A stretch of DNA of 64,000 bases from the NCBI GenBank assembly GCA_026415215.1, contig JAOAHN010000113.1, forward strand, positions 45,337-109,336, given 5' to 3'. Origin of the DNA: Candidatus Hydrogenedentota bacterium. Lineage in GTDB: Bacteria > Hydrogenedentota > Hydrogenedentia > Hydrogenedentales > Hydrogenedentaceae. The notes under the pieces are model-generated. The model made no database searches. It saw only the letters and a list, made by a program, of their open reading frames with translations, and was not told the DNA's origin. Positions within the stretch are counted from its first letter, which is position 1. The number at the start of each line of letters is the position of its first letter. Of this stretch, positions 8,646 through 18,828 are shown piece by piece. The translations under genes were made by a program, and so were the position numbers.

Positions 8646-10274
8646 ATTCTCCAAGTTGTCAAACTTATCAAGAAAACTTATTGCTTCTTGATTTTTTGGA
8701 AATCTTATTAAAGCTTCTCTATACCATCTAATTGCATCTTTTTCCCTACCCAATTGATAAGCACACCTTCCCAATAAAACATATATTGATCCAGAATTCA
8801 AATATCTCAAACTTTCAAGTAATAGATCGTATGCCCTTTTAATATCTCCTCTAAGAATATAAGCACTTGCCAATCCCTCATATACCCCTGATGGGGCGAG
8901 GACATTTGAGACAACTTTTTCGTATTCCTCTACACAATCAACCTTGAGTAAAAGTTTTTTCTCAGCCTGTCTCAGTCTATAATCAGGTACCCACAAGATT
9001 ATTGTCAAATAGATAACTATAAACACGAATAGTACACTGTAAGCTATAATAAACAATCTCTTGTTGGAAGAATCCACTTTTATTATAAGACTACTTTCAT
9101 CCCTCTTCATAAGTGATAAAAGCGCTAAATATAAATGAGGAACTGAAACCATCATAGTATTAAAAAGGGAAAGAATTAAATAACATATCCATACTAAGTT
9201 TACTCTTCCATTTATAAACCACCAAAAGAAAAAAATAAGAACAACAAAAATCCCTAAAAAGCCCAATTCCACGAGAAACTCCAAAATATCACAGTGAGCA
9301 TGCAGAGTTAAAATCTCATTACAGTGTTGTAAGAATTTCTCGTTCGATCGAGCACTTATCCCCAAATATAAGGGAGACCAGTAATAAAAATTACCAAAAC
9401 CTACACCTAAAGGAAATCTATCTATTAACATCCTAACAGTACCGTCATATATCCAAAATCTTATCCAAAATCCTACATCTTTGGATGTAAAAGAATAGAC
9501 CATCCGATTATAAATAAGCGGAAAAAAAACGATTACCCCCCCCATTACCAATAGTAAAGAAAACAGTGTTTCCTTCCCAAAGGCAAACTTTTTTATGTTC
9601 CTACCATTATTAATGAAAAAAGGTATCAAAAAGGAGATCCACGCAGAACGAGAACGGGTAACAAATAAACCTAAAACTGATGCAATCAAAAATAGCCCTA
9701 CCCACAAATAATCTATATTTAATCCTTTATACCTATCCAAGACCCACAATGCACACATTGCTAAGTATCCGCCTACCAAAACCTGATTACCCATTACAGA
9801 ATAAACTTGTTTATAGTGTGAGAATGGAGGAAACATCACAGGAATTAATTCTAATGATTGGAGAATAGAAAGAATAGCTACAATTAATCCAGAAGTCCAT
9901 ACTCCCCAAAATATATACCTTTCTGCTTTTGCATCCTCGGTAAGTCCGAAGATTCCTAAGTAAGAGAAGAGCACTATCGCCAACTCTCCCAACCTCACTA
10001 AACTTACCCCAGGAACACGGGCGAAGAATAAACTAAAAAATGAAATACTTATAACTAATATAGCTATAATTGAAAATTCCAAATCTATTCTGACAGTCTG
10101 CCTTCTTAACAGAAATGGAAATAAAAGAATAATGCACAATGCCAATGCTATCTCTTTAGGATATATAAATGAAGTAAATTGAAAAGAGTAGAAAGTTGCA
10201 GTCAATATAATTGACAAAAAAATTAAAAAATATGGTACAAACTTACTAAGATAGGCTAAACTAAAAAATCTCAT
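8631..10274 (-). CDS. O-antigen ligase/polymerase (Wzy_C)-like membrane protein with C-terminal TPR repeats
   Basis: 547 aa with about ten or more TM helices and a large loop, typical of Wzy_C proteins, plus C-terminal TPR motifs (AYDLLLESLRYL...AIRWYREALIRFPKNQEA). Convergent 15-nt overlap with the previous gene. Confidence 0.5.
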   Translation of the reverse strand: MRFFSLAYLSKFVPYFLIFLSIILTATFYSFQFTSFIYPKEIALALCIILLFPFLLRRQTVRIDLEFSIIAILVISISFFSLFFARVPGVSLVRLGELAIVLFSYLGIFGLTEDAKAERYIFWGVWTSGLIVAILSILQSLELIPVMFPPFSHYKQVYSVMGNQVLVGGYLAMCALWVLDRYKGLNIDYLWVGLFLIASVLGLFVTRSRSAWISFLIPFFINNGRNIKKFAFGKETLFSLLLVMGGVIVFFPLIYNRMVYSFTSKDVGFWIRFWIYDGTVRMLIDRFPLGVGFGNFYYWSPLYLGISARSNEKFLQHCNEILTLHAHCDILEFLVELGFLGIFVVLIFFFWWFINGRVNLVWICYLILSLFNTMMVSVPHLYLALLSLMKRDESSLIIKVDSSNKRLFIIAYSVLFVFIVIYLTIILWVPDYRLRQAEKKLLLKVDCVEEYEKVVSNVLAPSGVYEGLASAYILRGDIKRAYDLLLESLRYLNSGSIYVLLGRCAYQLGREKDAIRWYREALIRFPKNQEAISFLDKFDNLENSFNF

Positions 10275-10278
10275 ATAA

Positions 10279-11163
10279 TCAGTTGTGAGAACTTCTAACC
10301 TCTTTTAGCAATTTTATAAAATTTCTTTCCATCTCAGATAAAGGAAAACCTCGCGGGTAAATGCAAAAAAAGTTTATATTAGGAGCATCTTTAATTTCGC
10401 CTATCTTAATTACACCCCTCCAATCTTCTGCCACCATTTCTGGGACTATTGAATATCCAAACCCTTGGGACACATATTCCATAACAACACTAAAAGAACC
10501 GCTATCAATGACACACCGAGGATAAATCTTCTTCATTCTTAAGTACTCCCATATTAGCCTACCAGTCCTGGTTGTAGGAGTAATAGACACAAAGGGTATA
10601 TCTCCAAGTTCTACCCAACCTATTTTTTTTCCTCTAAACTTAGGCAGGTTAGGGATCACCAACTTCAAGAATGTTGTATAAATGATTTCCTGCTCTAAAT
10701 CGGAGAACTCGACGGGTCCTGCTACTATACCTAAATTTACTTCACCCCTAATTACCATATTTTCTATCTCATTTGAATTTCTTGTCATGACTGAAAGCTG
10801 TAGGTCAGGATGTATAGCAAAGAACCTCCTAATAGTTTCAGGAAGAATATAGCAAGCAAAAGAATCACTTGAACCAATCTTTAATTCTGTAATTGCCCCT
10901 TTTAATGTTTCCCCAAACAGCAAATTATACCTTCTATGAACACGGAGATAACCTCGAGCAAGTTCATAAAACTTTTTACCCACAACTGTGGGACTCTTTT
11001 TCTTTCTATCATAGAGTGTCAAACCTACACTATTTTCCAACTCTTTAATCCTTTGACTTACCGCAGGTTGAGACCTTCCAATACGTTTACCCGCCCTTGC
11101 GAAAGAGCCCGTTTCAACAAGTGCACAATAACACTCCAACAACTCAGGTGAGAAATTATCCAT
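10279..11163 (-). CDS. LysR-family transcriptional regulator
   Basis: N-terminal HTH (FARAGKRIGRSQPAVSQRIKELE) and a LysR substrate-binding fold length of 294 aa. Divergent from purM. Confidence 0.85.
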   Translation of the reverse strand: MDNFSPELLECYCALVETGSFARAGKRIGRSQPAVSQRIKELENSVGLTLYDRKKKSPTVVGKKFYELARGYLRVHRRYNLLFGETLKGAITELKIGSSDSFACYILPETIRRFFAIHPDLQLSVMTRNSNEIENMVIRGEVNLGIVAGPVEFSDLEQEIIYTTFLKLVIPNLPKFRGKKIGWVELGDIPFVSITPTTRTGRLIWEYLRMKKIYPRCVIDSGSFSVVMEYVSQGFGYSIVPEMVAEDWRGVIKIGEIKDAPNINFFCIYPRGFPLSEMERNFIKLLKEVRSSHN

Positions 11164-11263
11164 AAGCTAATATTATTAACTTTATAAATAAAATTCATTA
11201 TGTTTATATATGGATATATGTTATCATATTTTTTCTATTTAGAAAATAAAAAGACTGGAAGGA

Positions 11264-12346
11264 TTGTGTATGAATGAACAAATAAAACATTATAGTCTCA
11301 GTTACAAAGATGTCGGTGTTGATATTGATAGTGCTAACGAGGCAATAAATGAAATTAAAGAACTTGTAAAGAGAACCTTTAATGAACAGGTTCTAAGCAA
11401 TATAGGACTGTTTGGTGGACTTTTTCAACCAAATTTGGAAGGGTATGAAGAACCAGTATTAGTATCAAGTATAGACGGCGTAGGAACAAAACTTAAATTA
11501 GCAATTATGGCAAATAAGCATGATACGGTTGGCATTGATCTTGTATCACACTGCGTAAACGACATATTAGTGCAAGGAGCAAAACCATTATTTTTTCTCG
11601 ATTATATAGCAATGGGAAAACTAAATCCTCAAATAGTAGTAGAGATTATAAAGGGATTAACTATTGGGTGTGGGCAGGCAGGGTGTGCTCTCATCGGGGG
11701 TGAAACCGCAGAAATGCCTGATGTTTACAAGCCTGAAGAATATGACCTGGTAGGAACAATTATTGGTATTGTGGACCGAAAAAAGATAGTAGATGGTTCA
11801 AGAATTAAAGTGGGAGATGTAATATTAGGATTGTCTTCTTCAGGTCTACATACTAATGGATATACTCTCGCAAGGAAAATATGTTTTGAAATAGCAGGAT
11901 TAAACCTCTATGACAATTTTCCCGGGTTGAACAAGTCAGTTTATGATGTTCTGATGGCTCCTCATACCTGCTACGCAAAGATAATGCAGGTAATAATGAA
12001 ATTAGTAGATGTCCGTGGAATGGCTCACATTACAGGCGGAGGAATTACCGAGAATCTACCGCGCATCCTACCCGAAGGAACATCCGCAGAGATTGACCTG
12101 AATTCATGGGAAGTCCCGTATTTATTTACCTTTTTGCATAAGACCGGAAATGTAGATAACTCAGAAATGTTGAGAGTTTTCAACATGGGGTTAGGACTAC
12201 TTTTCGTAATACCTGAAGAACACTTAGAAAAGGTTTTAAGGGTTAAAGAACAGGCAGGAATCGACATTTACATAGTAGGGAGGGTTACCGAAGGAGATAG
12301 GAAAGTAAATTATATAGGGGAAATCAGATATGCTCAACCGAATTGA
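11264..12346 (+). CDS. purM: phosphoribosylformylglycinamidine cyclo-ligase (AIR synthetase)
   Basis: 360 aa with PurM N and C domains (DGVGTKLKLA, LVSHCVNDI, GETAEMP). Confidence 0.9.
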   Translation: MCMNEQIKHYSLSYKDVGVDIDSANEAINEIKELVKRTFNEQVLSNIGLFGGLFQPNLEGYEEPVLVSSIDGVGTKLKLAIMANKHDTVGIDLVSHCVNDILVQGAKPLFFLDYIAMGKLNPQIVVEIIKGLTIGCGQAGCALIGGETAEMPDVYKPEEYDLVGTIIGIVDRKKIVDGSRIKVGDVILGLSSSGLHTNGYTLARKICFEIAGLNLYDNFPGLNKSVYDVLMAPHTCYAKIMQVIMKLVDVRGMAHITGGGITENLPRILPEGTSAEIDLNSWEVPYLFTFLHKTGNVDNSEMLRVFNMGLGLLFVIPEEHLEKVLRVKEQAGIDIYIVGRVTEGDRKVNYIGEIRYAQPN

Positions 12347-15293
12347 GGTTAGTGTCAGACCAGAACTTCAAGACCCGATTGGAAAAAACTTATCGAATCA
12401 AATAAACGAAGATTTAGGAATACCTTGTAAATCAGTTAGAGTAGTCGATGTTTACACCATATTAGCAAAACTTACAGAGGAAGAACTAACAAAAATTGCT
12501 CGGGAACTATTTACTGACGCGGTCATCCAGGTATATGAGATAAATGGACACATAACATTTCCTGAGGAATATCGTTTCCTTATCGAAGTAGGCTTTAAAC
12601 CAGGAGTAACCGATAATGTAGGGAAAAGTGCAAAGGAAGGTATTCAAGACACCTTATCTCGCGAACTTGGCCCAGAAGAAATGGTATTCAAGTCTACACT
12701 ATATTGGCTTGCGGGAATATCAAAAGCAGAATGCGAAAAAATCTCACAAGAACTCCTTGCTAACGATTTAATTCAACAGTGGATAGTACTTTCAAGAGAA
12801 GAACTTTTCAACAAAAAGGAAGTAAATCTACTTCCTCTTCCTTTAGTGAAAACTAAAATAGATACTTTAATCGAGAATATATCACTGGACCTTTCAGACG
12901 AGGAACTTCTTAAGCTAAGCGAAGATAGACTGCTTGCACTCGACCTAAACGAAATGAAAGCTATTAAAGCATATTTCGAAAGTCCAGAAACAATCAGAAA
13001 TAGACAATTGAAAAATCTTCCAAAATATCCTAATGACATAGAAATTGAAATATTAGCTCAGACATGGTCAGAACATTGCAAACACAAGATTTTTAATGCG
13101 GAAATTGAATATATAGACGAAAAAGGTAATACTGAACACATAAATAGCCTTTTTAGAACATATATAAAGAGCGTAACAGACATACTGAAAAATGAAATAG
13201 ATTGGTTAGTTAGTGTATTCCATGATAATGCAGGCTTAATTAAACTTGACGATAACTACCTACTATCAATGAAAGTAGAAACACACAATAGTCCTTCCGC
13301 TCTTGATCCTTATGGAGGAGCTATAACCGGTATAGTAGGAGTAAACAGGGATATTTTAGGGGCAGGTTTAGGATGTAAGTGTATATTTAATACAGATGTG
13401 TTTTGTTTCGCCTCACCATTCTATGAGGGCAAAATTCCACCAAGACTACTTCATCCAAAGCGCGTTTTTCGAGGCGTTCATGCTGGAGTTAAAGATGGAG
13501 GGAATCAAAGCGGAATACCTACTGTAAATGGGGCGATAGTATTTCACGAAAAGTTTTTAGGAAAACCCCTCGTATTTTGCGGAACTGGGGGTATAATACC
13601 CTCAAAAATAAAGGGTAGGCCAAGTCACTTAAAAAAAGCAAATCCTGGTGATTTAATTGTAATGGTGGGAGGAAGAATAGGAAAAGATGGCATTCATGGA
13701 GCAACATTTTCTTCTCAAGAACTTCACGAAGGTTCTCCCGTGACCGCAGTCCAGATTGGTGACCCCATAACACAGAAGAAATTCTCCGACTTCCTGTTTG
13801 AAGCAAGAGATATGGGGTTATATAACTCTATTACAGATAATGGAGCAGGAGGACTATCGTCCAGTGTAGGCGAAATGGCTAAAGACGCTGGCGGAGCAGA
13901 AGTTCACCTTGATAAAGCTCCTCTCAAATACCATGGATTAGCCCCTTGGGAAATATTTCTATCTGAATCGCAAGAGAGGATGACGCTTGCCGTTCCTCCA
14001 CAACATATCGATGAATTCCTATCGCTTGCGAAAAAAAGAAATGTAGAAGCAACTGTGTTAGGAAAATTTACCGACTCGGGTTATCTCGAATGTTATTACG
14101 AGGGAAAACTGATAGCCTCTCTCTCTATGGATTTCCTTCACAATGGCGTGCCCATTATGAAGTTAAAAGCAAAAATAACACCTTATAAAACTCCCCCATT
14201 AACACTTCCTTCAAAATCAGATCTTACAAAAGACTTAATTGAAGTCCTAAGTAGTTTAAATGTCTGCAGTAAAGAACCCTTTGTAAGAATGTACGACCAT
14301 GAAGTTCAAGCTCAAACAATAATAAAGCCATTCCAAGGGATAAAATGTGATGGACCAGGCGATGCGACCGTATTGAGACCCATCTATGAATCGTCCAGAG
14401 GGATTGCAGTCGCATGTGGAATATGTCCGAAATACAGCCATATCGATTGTTACCAAATGGCAAGTAATGCAGTAGATGAGGCTGTCCGTAATTTGGTGTG
14501 TGTGGGAGTGGGATTAAAAAACATAGCAGGACTTGACAATTTCTGCTGGCCCGATCCTATTGAAAGTGAGAAAACTCCCGATGGGAAACACAAACTTGCC
14601 CAGCTCGTTCAGGCTTGCAAAGGACTCCATGATACTTGCTTAGCATATAAGATTCCTCTCATCAGTGGAAAAGATAGTATGAAAAACGACTACAAAATTG
14701 GCGACACAAAAATTTCAATTCCTCCGACTTTGTTGTTTACAGCGATTGGATTTATTGAAAATGTCTACAAAACTACTACTATGGATGTAAAATCACCGGG
14801 GGACAGGATTTACATCGTTGGCAAAACAGTAGAATCCTTAGGAGGTAGTGAATGGGCTAATCTGATGAAAATTGAGGGGGGAACAATCCCAACTGTAATG
14901 CCAAATATAGCAGTGGCTCAATATGAAAAAATACACAAAGCAATTGAAAATGAATTGGTAAACTCATGTCACGACTGTTCCGACGGAGGTTTAGCAGTAG
15001 CCTTAGCAGAAAGTGCTTTTGCAGGTGAGCTAGGAATGAAAATAGATATAAGAAATCTATCTATCTCAGAAGATATAGTTGCACTATTCAGCGAAACTCC
15101 ATCAAGAATAGTAGTAACAGTTTCTCCTGAGAAAGAAAAGGATTTCTTAAACTTAATGAAAGGATGTGATGTATTCTATCTTGGGGAAGTAGTTGATAAT
15201 CCTGAATTTGTAATCCAAGGCACGAAAGACATTTGTATTCGGACAGATATCTATACATTGAAAGAAGCATGGCAAAGAACTCTAAGGTGGTAG
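12330..15293 (+). CDS. purL: FGAM synthase subunit PurL with a fused N-terminal PurS-like domain and linker
   Basis: 987 aa. The first ~80 aa resemble PurS (V.V...DP.G pattern), followed by a ~170-aa linker and the PurL AIRS-like repeats. 17-nt overlap with purM. Confidence 0.85.
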   Translation: MLNRIEVSVRPELQDPIGKNLSNQINEDLGIPCKSVRVVDVYTILAKLTEEELTKIARELFTDAVIQVYEINGHITFPEEYRFLIEVGFKPGVTDNVGKSAKEGIQDTLSRELGPEEMVFKSTLYWLAGISKAECEKISQELLANDLIQQWIVLSREELFNKKEVNLLPLPLVKTKIDTLIENISLDLSDEELLKLSEDRLLALDLNEMKAIKAYFESPETIRNRQLKNLPKYPNDIEIEILAQTWSEHCKHKIFNAEIEYIDEKGNTEHINSLFRTYIKSVTDILKNEIDWLVSVFHDNAGLIKLDDNYLLSMKVETHNSPSALDPYGGAITGIVGVNRDILGAGLGCKCIFNTDVFCFASPFYEGKIPPRLLHPKRVFRGVHAGVKDGGNQSGIPTVNGAIVFHEKFLGKPLVFCGTGGIIPSKIKGRPSHLKKANPGDLIVMVGGRIGKDGIHGATFSSQELHEGSPVTAVQIGDPITQKKFSDFLFEARDMGLYNSITDNGAGGLSSSVGEMAKDAGGAEVHLDKAPLKYHGLAPWEIFLSESQERMTLAVPPQHIDEFLSLAKKRNVEATVLGKFTDSGYLECYYEGKLIASLSMDFLHNGVPIMKLKAKITPYKTPPLTLPSKSDLTKDLIEVLSSLNVCSKEPFVRMYDHEVQAQTIIKPFQGIKCDGPGDATVLRPIYESSRGIAVACGICPKYSHIDCYQMASNAVDEAVRNLVCVGVGLKNIAGLDNFCWPDPIESEKTPDGKHKLAQLVQACKGLHDTCLAYKIPLISGKDSMKNDYKIGDTKISIPPTLLFTAIGFIENVYKTTTMDVKSPGDRIYIVGKTVESLGGSEWANLMKIEGGTIPTVMPNIAVAQYEKIHKAIENELVNSCHDCSDGGLAVALAESAFAGELGMKIDIRNLSISEDIVALFSETPSRIVVTVSPEKEKDFLNLMKGCDVFYLGEVVDNPEFVIQGTKDICIRTDIYTLKEAWQRTLRW

Positions 15294-15312
15294 AACAAGG
15301 ATTTGAAAAACT

Positions 15313-16098
15313 ATGGTCAAAGTAATAGTGCTAACAGGTTTTGGTATAAACTGCGAAAAGGAAACAGCTCATGCATTCTACAAAGCTGGTGCAGAACCAC
15401 TCTTGATTCATTTAAACGATTTACTTGAAAATCCTACCATCTTAGATACAAGTCATATTTTTTCTATTCCAGGTGGATTCTCATTCGGAGATGACATAGC
15501 ATCAGGAAGAATTTTAGCAAATCGTCTAAAATACAGATTAGAATCACAGATTTTGAAGTTCATCAGAGATGGGAAGCTGATTATAGGAATTTGCAACGGC
15601 TTCCAAGTAATGGTAAAGATGGGCATACTGCCACTTTTTGATAATAAATTTGAGCAAAATGTTACTCTTTCACATAATGATTCAGGTAGGTTTGAAGACA
15701 GATGGGTCAAGCTAAAAATCAATACAAAATCCCCATGTGTGTGGACTACTAATATTGACTTTATCGAACTTCCAGTAAGACACGGAGAAGGCAAATTCAT
15801 CTCCAAAGACTCAAAAATCTTGAATGAGCTTCATTCCAAAAATCAAATTGTCCTCCAGTATGCAAGAGACCGTGACACACTTGCTAATGGAGAATATCCG
15901 TTAAATCCTAATGGTTCAGTAGATGATATTGCAGGAATTTGTGATCCTTCAGGTAGAATTTTAGGAATGATGCCACATCCTGAAGCTTTCTGGGATATGA
16001 CCCTCCATCCCCAGTGGAATAGAAAAAAATTAAAGGGTGAAGGTGAAGGAATGAAGATATTCCGTAACGGGATTGAATATGCAACAAAAAACCTATAA
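15313..16098 (+). CDS. purQ: FGAM synthase glutaminase subunit
   Basis: 261-aa class I glutamine amidotransferase with a catalytic Cys in GICNGFQ and His/Glu near the C-terminus (MMPHPE). Confidence 0.85.
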   Translation: MVKVIVLTGFGINCEKETAHAFYKAGAEPLLIHLNDLLENPTILDTSHIFSIPGGFSFGDDIASGRILANRLKYRLESQILKFIRDGKLIIGICNGFQVMVKMGILPLFDNKFEQNVTLSHNDSGRFEDRWVKLKINTKSPCVWTTNIDFIELPVRHGEGKFISKDSKILNELHSKNQIVLQYARDRDTLANGEYPLNPNGSVDDIAGICDPSGRILGMMPHPEAFWDMTLHPQWNRKKLKGEGEGMKIFRNGIEYATKNL

Positions 16099-16125
16099 AA
16101 ACTATCGACAAAAACATTTACCAAA

Positions 16126-17259
16126 ATGAAAAAGGAACATATAGACTTCCGCCCCTATGAGTTCTACTTAATAGACAATAAGAAGTATTGGTGTAAAGCA
16201 TTAGATTTAATCAAATTAGAACCTAAAATAGGAATTGACATAGAAGCAAATAACGACGGTGAATTACAAGAAATATGTCTAATCCAGCTTTCCATTAGAG
16301 GGTTTGACTTTATAATCGATCCTCTTGCCAATTTTGATTTTGATGAACTGGGAGAGATCTTGCAAAGTAAAGAGTTTTTGAAAATTTTCCACGGCTCCGA
16401 CTATGACCTAAGACTTCTATGGAACCAATACAATTGGAAAGTAAATAACCTATTCGATACTATGTGGGCAGGTAAAATACTTGGGGAAAAACAAGTAGGT
16501 CTTGTGAATGCCTTAGACAGGCTCCTCAATGTTACTCACGATAAGAAATACCAGTGTTCAAACTGGAGAAAAAGACCTCTTACAAAAAAACAGCTTGAGT
16601 ATGCAAGTAGAGACTCACACTACCTCATTCCATTACAAGAGAGGTTAGAGGAATTACTTACTGAAAAAAACATATTGGATGAAGCTAAAGAATATTTCGA
16701 AGAGTTATCATTAGAAGCAATACTTACGAGTGAAAACGACCTTTTTTCCGACTTTACATTATTTCAGAATCTGCCTAAACATAACTATTTAGTCTTTAAG
16801 AAATTGTGTAAACTGAGAGAAGAGATTGCTAACTCAAAAGGATTATATCCCACTCAAATAATCCCCAATAAATGTCTTTTTCAAATATCTACAGAACTCC
16901 CTATTACAGAACAACAATTAGAGAAAATAAAAGACATTAAAAAATCAATAAAACATATTCCTAAGCGAGAAATCCTGGAAGTAGTTGAAAAGTCCATCAC
17001 AAGCCCGGACATTGATACTCCTAATAACCAAAAAGATATATCAAATATAAAGAAAAGAATTAAAAATTTAACCGAGCTCAGAAAAATGCTCTCTAAAAAA
17101 AGCAACATAGAATCGGAATTAATCATGACTAAAAATAAAATATTTTTGCTTGCTTTCTATGCTCCCAAAAACATTGAGGATCTTAAAAAACTGAACTTTT
17201 TCGGTCCTATTCGATTAACAAAATATGGCTCATATATAATAGATACCCTAACGAAATAA
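16126..17259 (+). CDS. rnd: ribonuclease D-like 3'-5' exonuclease with HRDC domain
   Basis: DEDDy motifs (IGIDIEAN, FHGSDYDLRLL, YASRDSHYL) followed by an HRDC-like helical domain. Confidence 0.7.
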   Translation: MKKEHIDFRPYEFYLIDNKKYWCKALDLIKLEPKIGIDIEANNDGELQEICLIQLSIRGFDFIIDPLANFDFDELGEILQSKEFLKIFHGSDYDLRLLWNQYNWKVNNLFDTMWAGKILGEKQVGLVNALDRLLNVTHDKKYQCSNWRKRPLTKKQLEYASRDSHYLIPLQERLEELLTEKNILDEAKEYFEELSLEAILTSENDLFSDFTLFQNLPKHNYLVFKKLCKLREEIANSKGLYPTQIIPNKCLFQISTELPITEQQLEKIKDIKKSIKHIPKREILEVVEKSITSPDIDTPNNQKDISNIKKRIKNLTELRKMLSKKSNIESELIMTKNKIFLLAFYAPKNIEDLKKLNFFGPIRLTKYGSYIIDTLTK

Positions 17260-17302
17260 TAAAACACATATCTAATATCTTTGAGAAAAGAAATCTTAGA
17301 AA

Positions 17303-18823
17303 ATGCTGAGTTACAGGAAATATAAAATCCATTTTACTATCAATATAACAAAATGGATTATCTACATTACCATCTCCACTCTAACCCTCTTATCCACTAA
17401 TACTCTATCAGAAGAACCCCAACTCCCAATAGGACTACAAAACCTCTCAGAAAAAAAACCAGATGAAAAATTAGAAGAACCAGCATTGCCTAAAGGATTG
17501 GAAACTCCATCTGAACCCAGCCTTCCTAAAGGGTTAGATGAAGTTCTACCCGAAAAGCCTCAACCTTCTTCAAATTTTACCTTGCCACCACAAACAAGTG
17601 AGGAGAGTCCAAAAACTACTAAGAAAACAAAGATACCATTCGACCTCAAGATCAAGGGATTCTGGGACACAAGGTTAGGAACAAGATATAGAGAAGATAG
17701 TGTACAATCGAAAGAAATTATTCTTGGCGAGTCGAGAATCCAAATAAAAGCTGAAAAATTCTGGGAGAGTGCTGAAATAGAAATCACAGGGGATACCTAT
17801 GGAGACATTGTTAAGGAAGAGTTGAATTTTGACCTAAGACAAGCGAGACTCTCATGGACTTTAACACCTACCATAGACATAAGAGTAGGCAGACAAATAC
17901 TTACTTGGGGAACTGGAAATTTCCTGTTTATAAATGACTTATTTCCTAAAGATTGGAATTCATTCTTTATTGGTAGAGAACAGGAATACTTAAAGGCACC
18001 TTCAGATTCAATAAAAGTAGGTTATTATCCTGAATGGTTCAATTTTGAGCTGGTCTATACACCAAGATTTACACCCGACAGGTATATAACTGGCAATCCA
18101 GTCACATTTTGGAACCCACTATTCAATGAACCACAAGGAGACGACAACGAAATAAAAGTAGATCATCCTGGACCAAGATTTCGCGATGATGAGTGGGCTC
18201 TTAGAGCTTACAGAAAGATTGGAAACCACGAACTTGCAATTTATACTTACACAGGTAGATGGAAAAGTCCAGGAGGTCAAAGATTAATACCTCCCCTCCA
18301 GGCATATTTTCCAAAGTTAAATGTCTATGGTGCAAGCTTAAGAAGTACCATTGGACAAGGAATAGGATGGATTGAATTAGGCTATTATGATTCAAAAGAA
18401 GATAGAAGTGGTGACAACCCATTAATTAACAACTCTGAAATTAGAATACTTTTAGGATATGAGCAGGAAATAGGCAAGGATTTTACGGGAGGTATACAAT
18501 TATACTTAGAACACATGCTACACTATGATAGTTACGAAGACACTCTTCCTTATTGGATTCATCCTAAAGACAATAATAGAATTGTGGCTACTCTTCAATT
18601 GACAAAATTATTGCTAAATCAGAATCTAATTGTCTCCGGCTTCATGTATTACTCCCCTACTGATCAAGATGCTTACTTAAGACCTAACATAAGATACAAA
18701 ATAAACGACTCTACTTGGATAGAAGGAGGAGCAAATATATTTATAGGAAACGAACCATACACATTCTTTGGACAATTCATTGATAATTCGAATATTTACA
18801 TAGGATTCAGATTATATTTCTAA
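17303..18823 (+). CDS. putative outer-membrane beta-barrel protein with N-terminal Pro-rich LPxGL repeats
   Basis: Signal/anchor N-terminus, degenerate repeats (PQLPIGLQNL / PALPKGLETP / PSLPKGLDEV), then alternating amphipathic strands ending in a C-terminal ...GFRLYF, an OMP-like C-terminal Phe. Confidence 0.45.
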   Translation: MLSYRKYKIHFTINITKWIIYITISTLTLLSTNTLSEEPQLPIGLQNLSEKKPDEKLEEPALPKGLETPSEPSLPKGLDEVLPEKPQPSSNFTLPPQTSEESPKTTKKTKIPFDLKIKGFWDTRLGTRYREDSVQSKEIILGESRIQIKAEKFWESAEIEITGDTYGDIVKEELNFDLRQARLSWTLTPTIDIRVGRQILTWGTGNFLFINDLFPKDWNSFFIGREQEYLKAPSDSIKVGYYPEWFNFELVYTPRFTPDRYITGNPVTFWNPLFNEPQGDDNEIKVDHPGPRFRDDEWALRAYRKIGNHELAIYTYTGRWKSPGGQRLIPPLQAYFPKLNVYGASLRSTIGQGIGWIELGYYDSKEDRSGDNPLINNSEIRILLGYEQEIGKDFTGGIQLYLEHMLHYDSYEDTLPYWIHPKDNNRIVATLQLTKLLLNQNLIVSGFMYYSPTDQDAYLRPNIRYKINDSTWIEGGANIFIGNEPYTFFGQFIDNSNIYIGFRLYF

Positions 18824-18828
18824 CAAGT

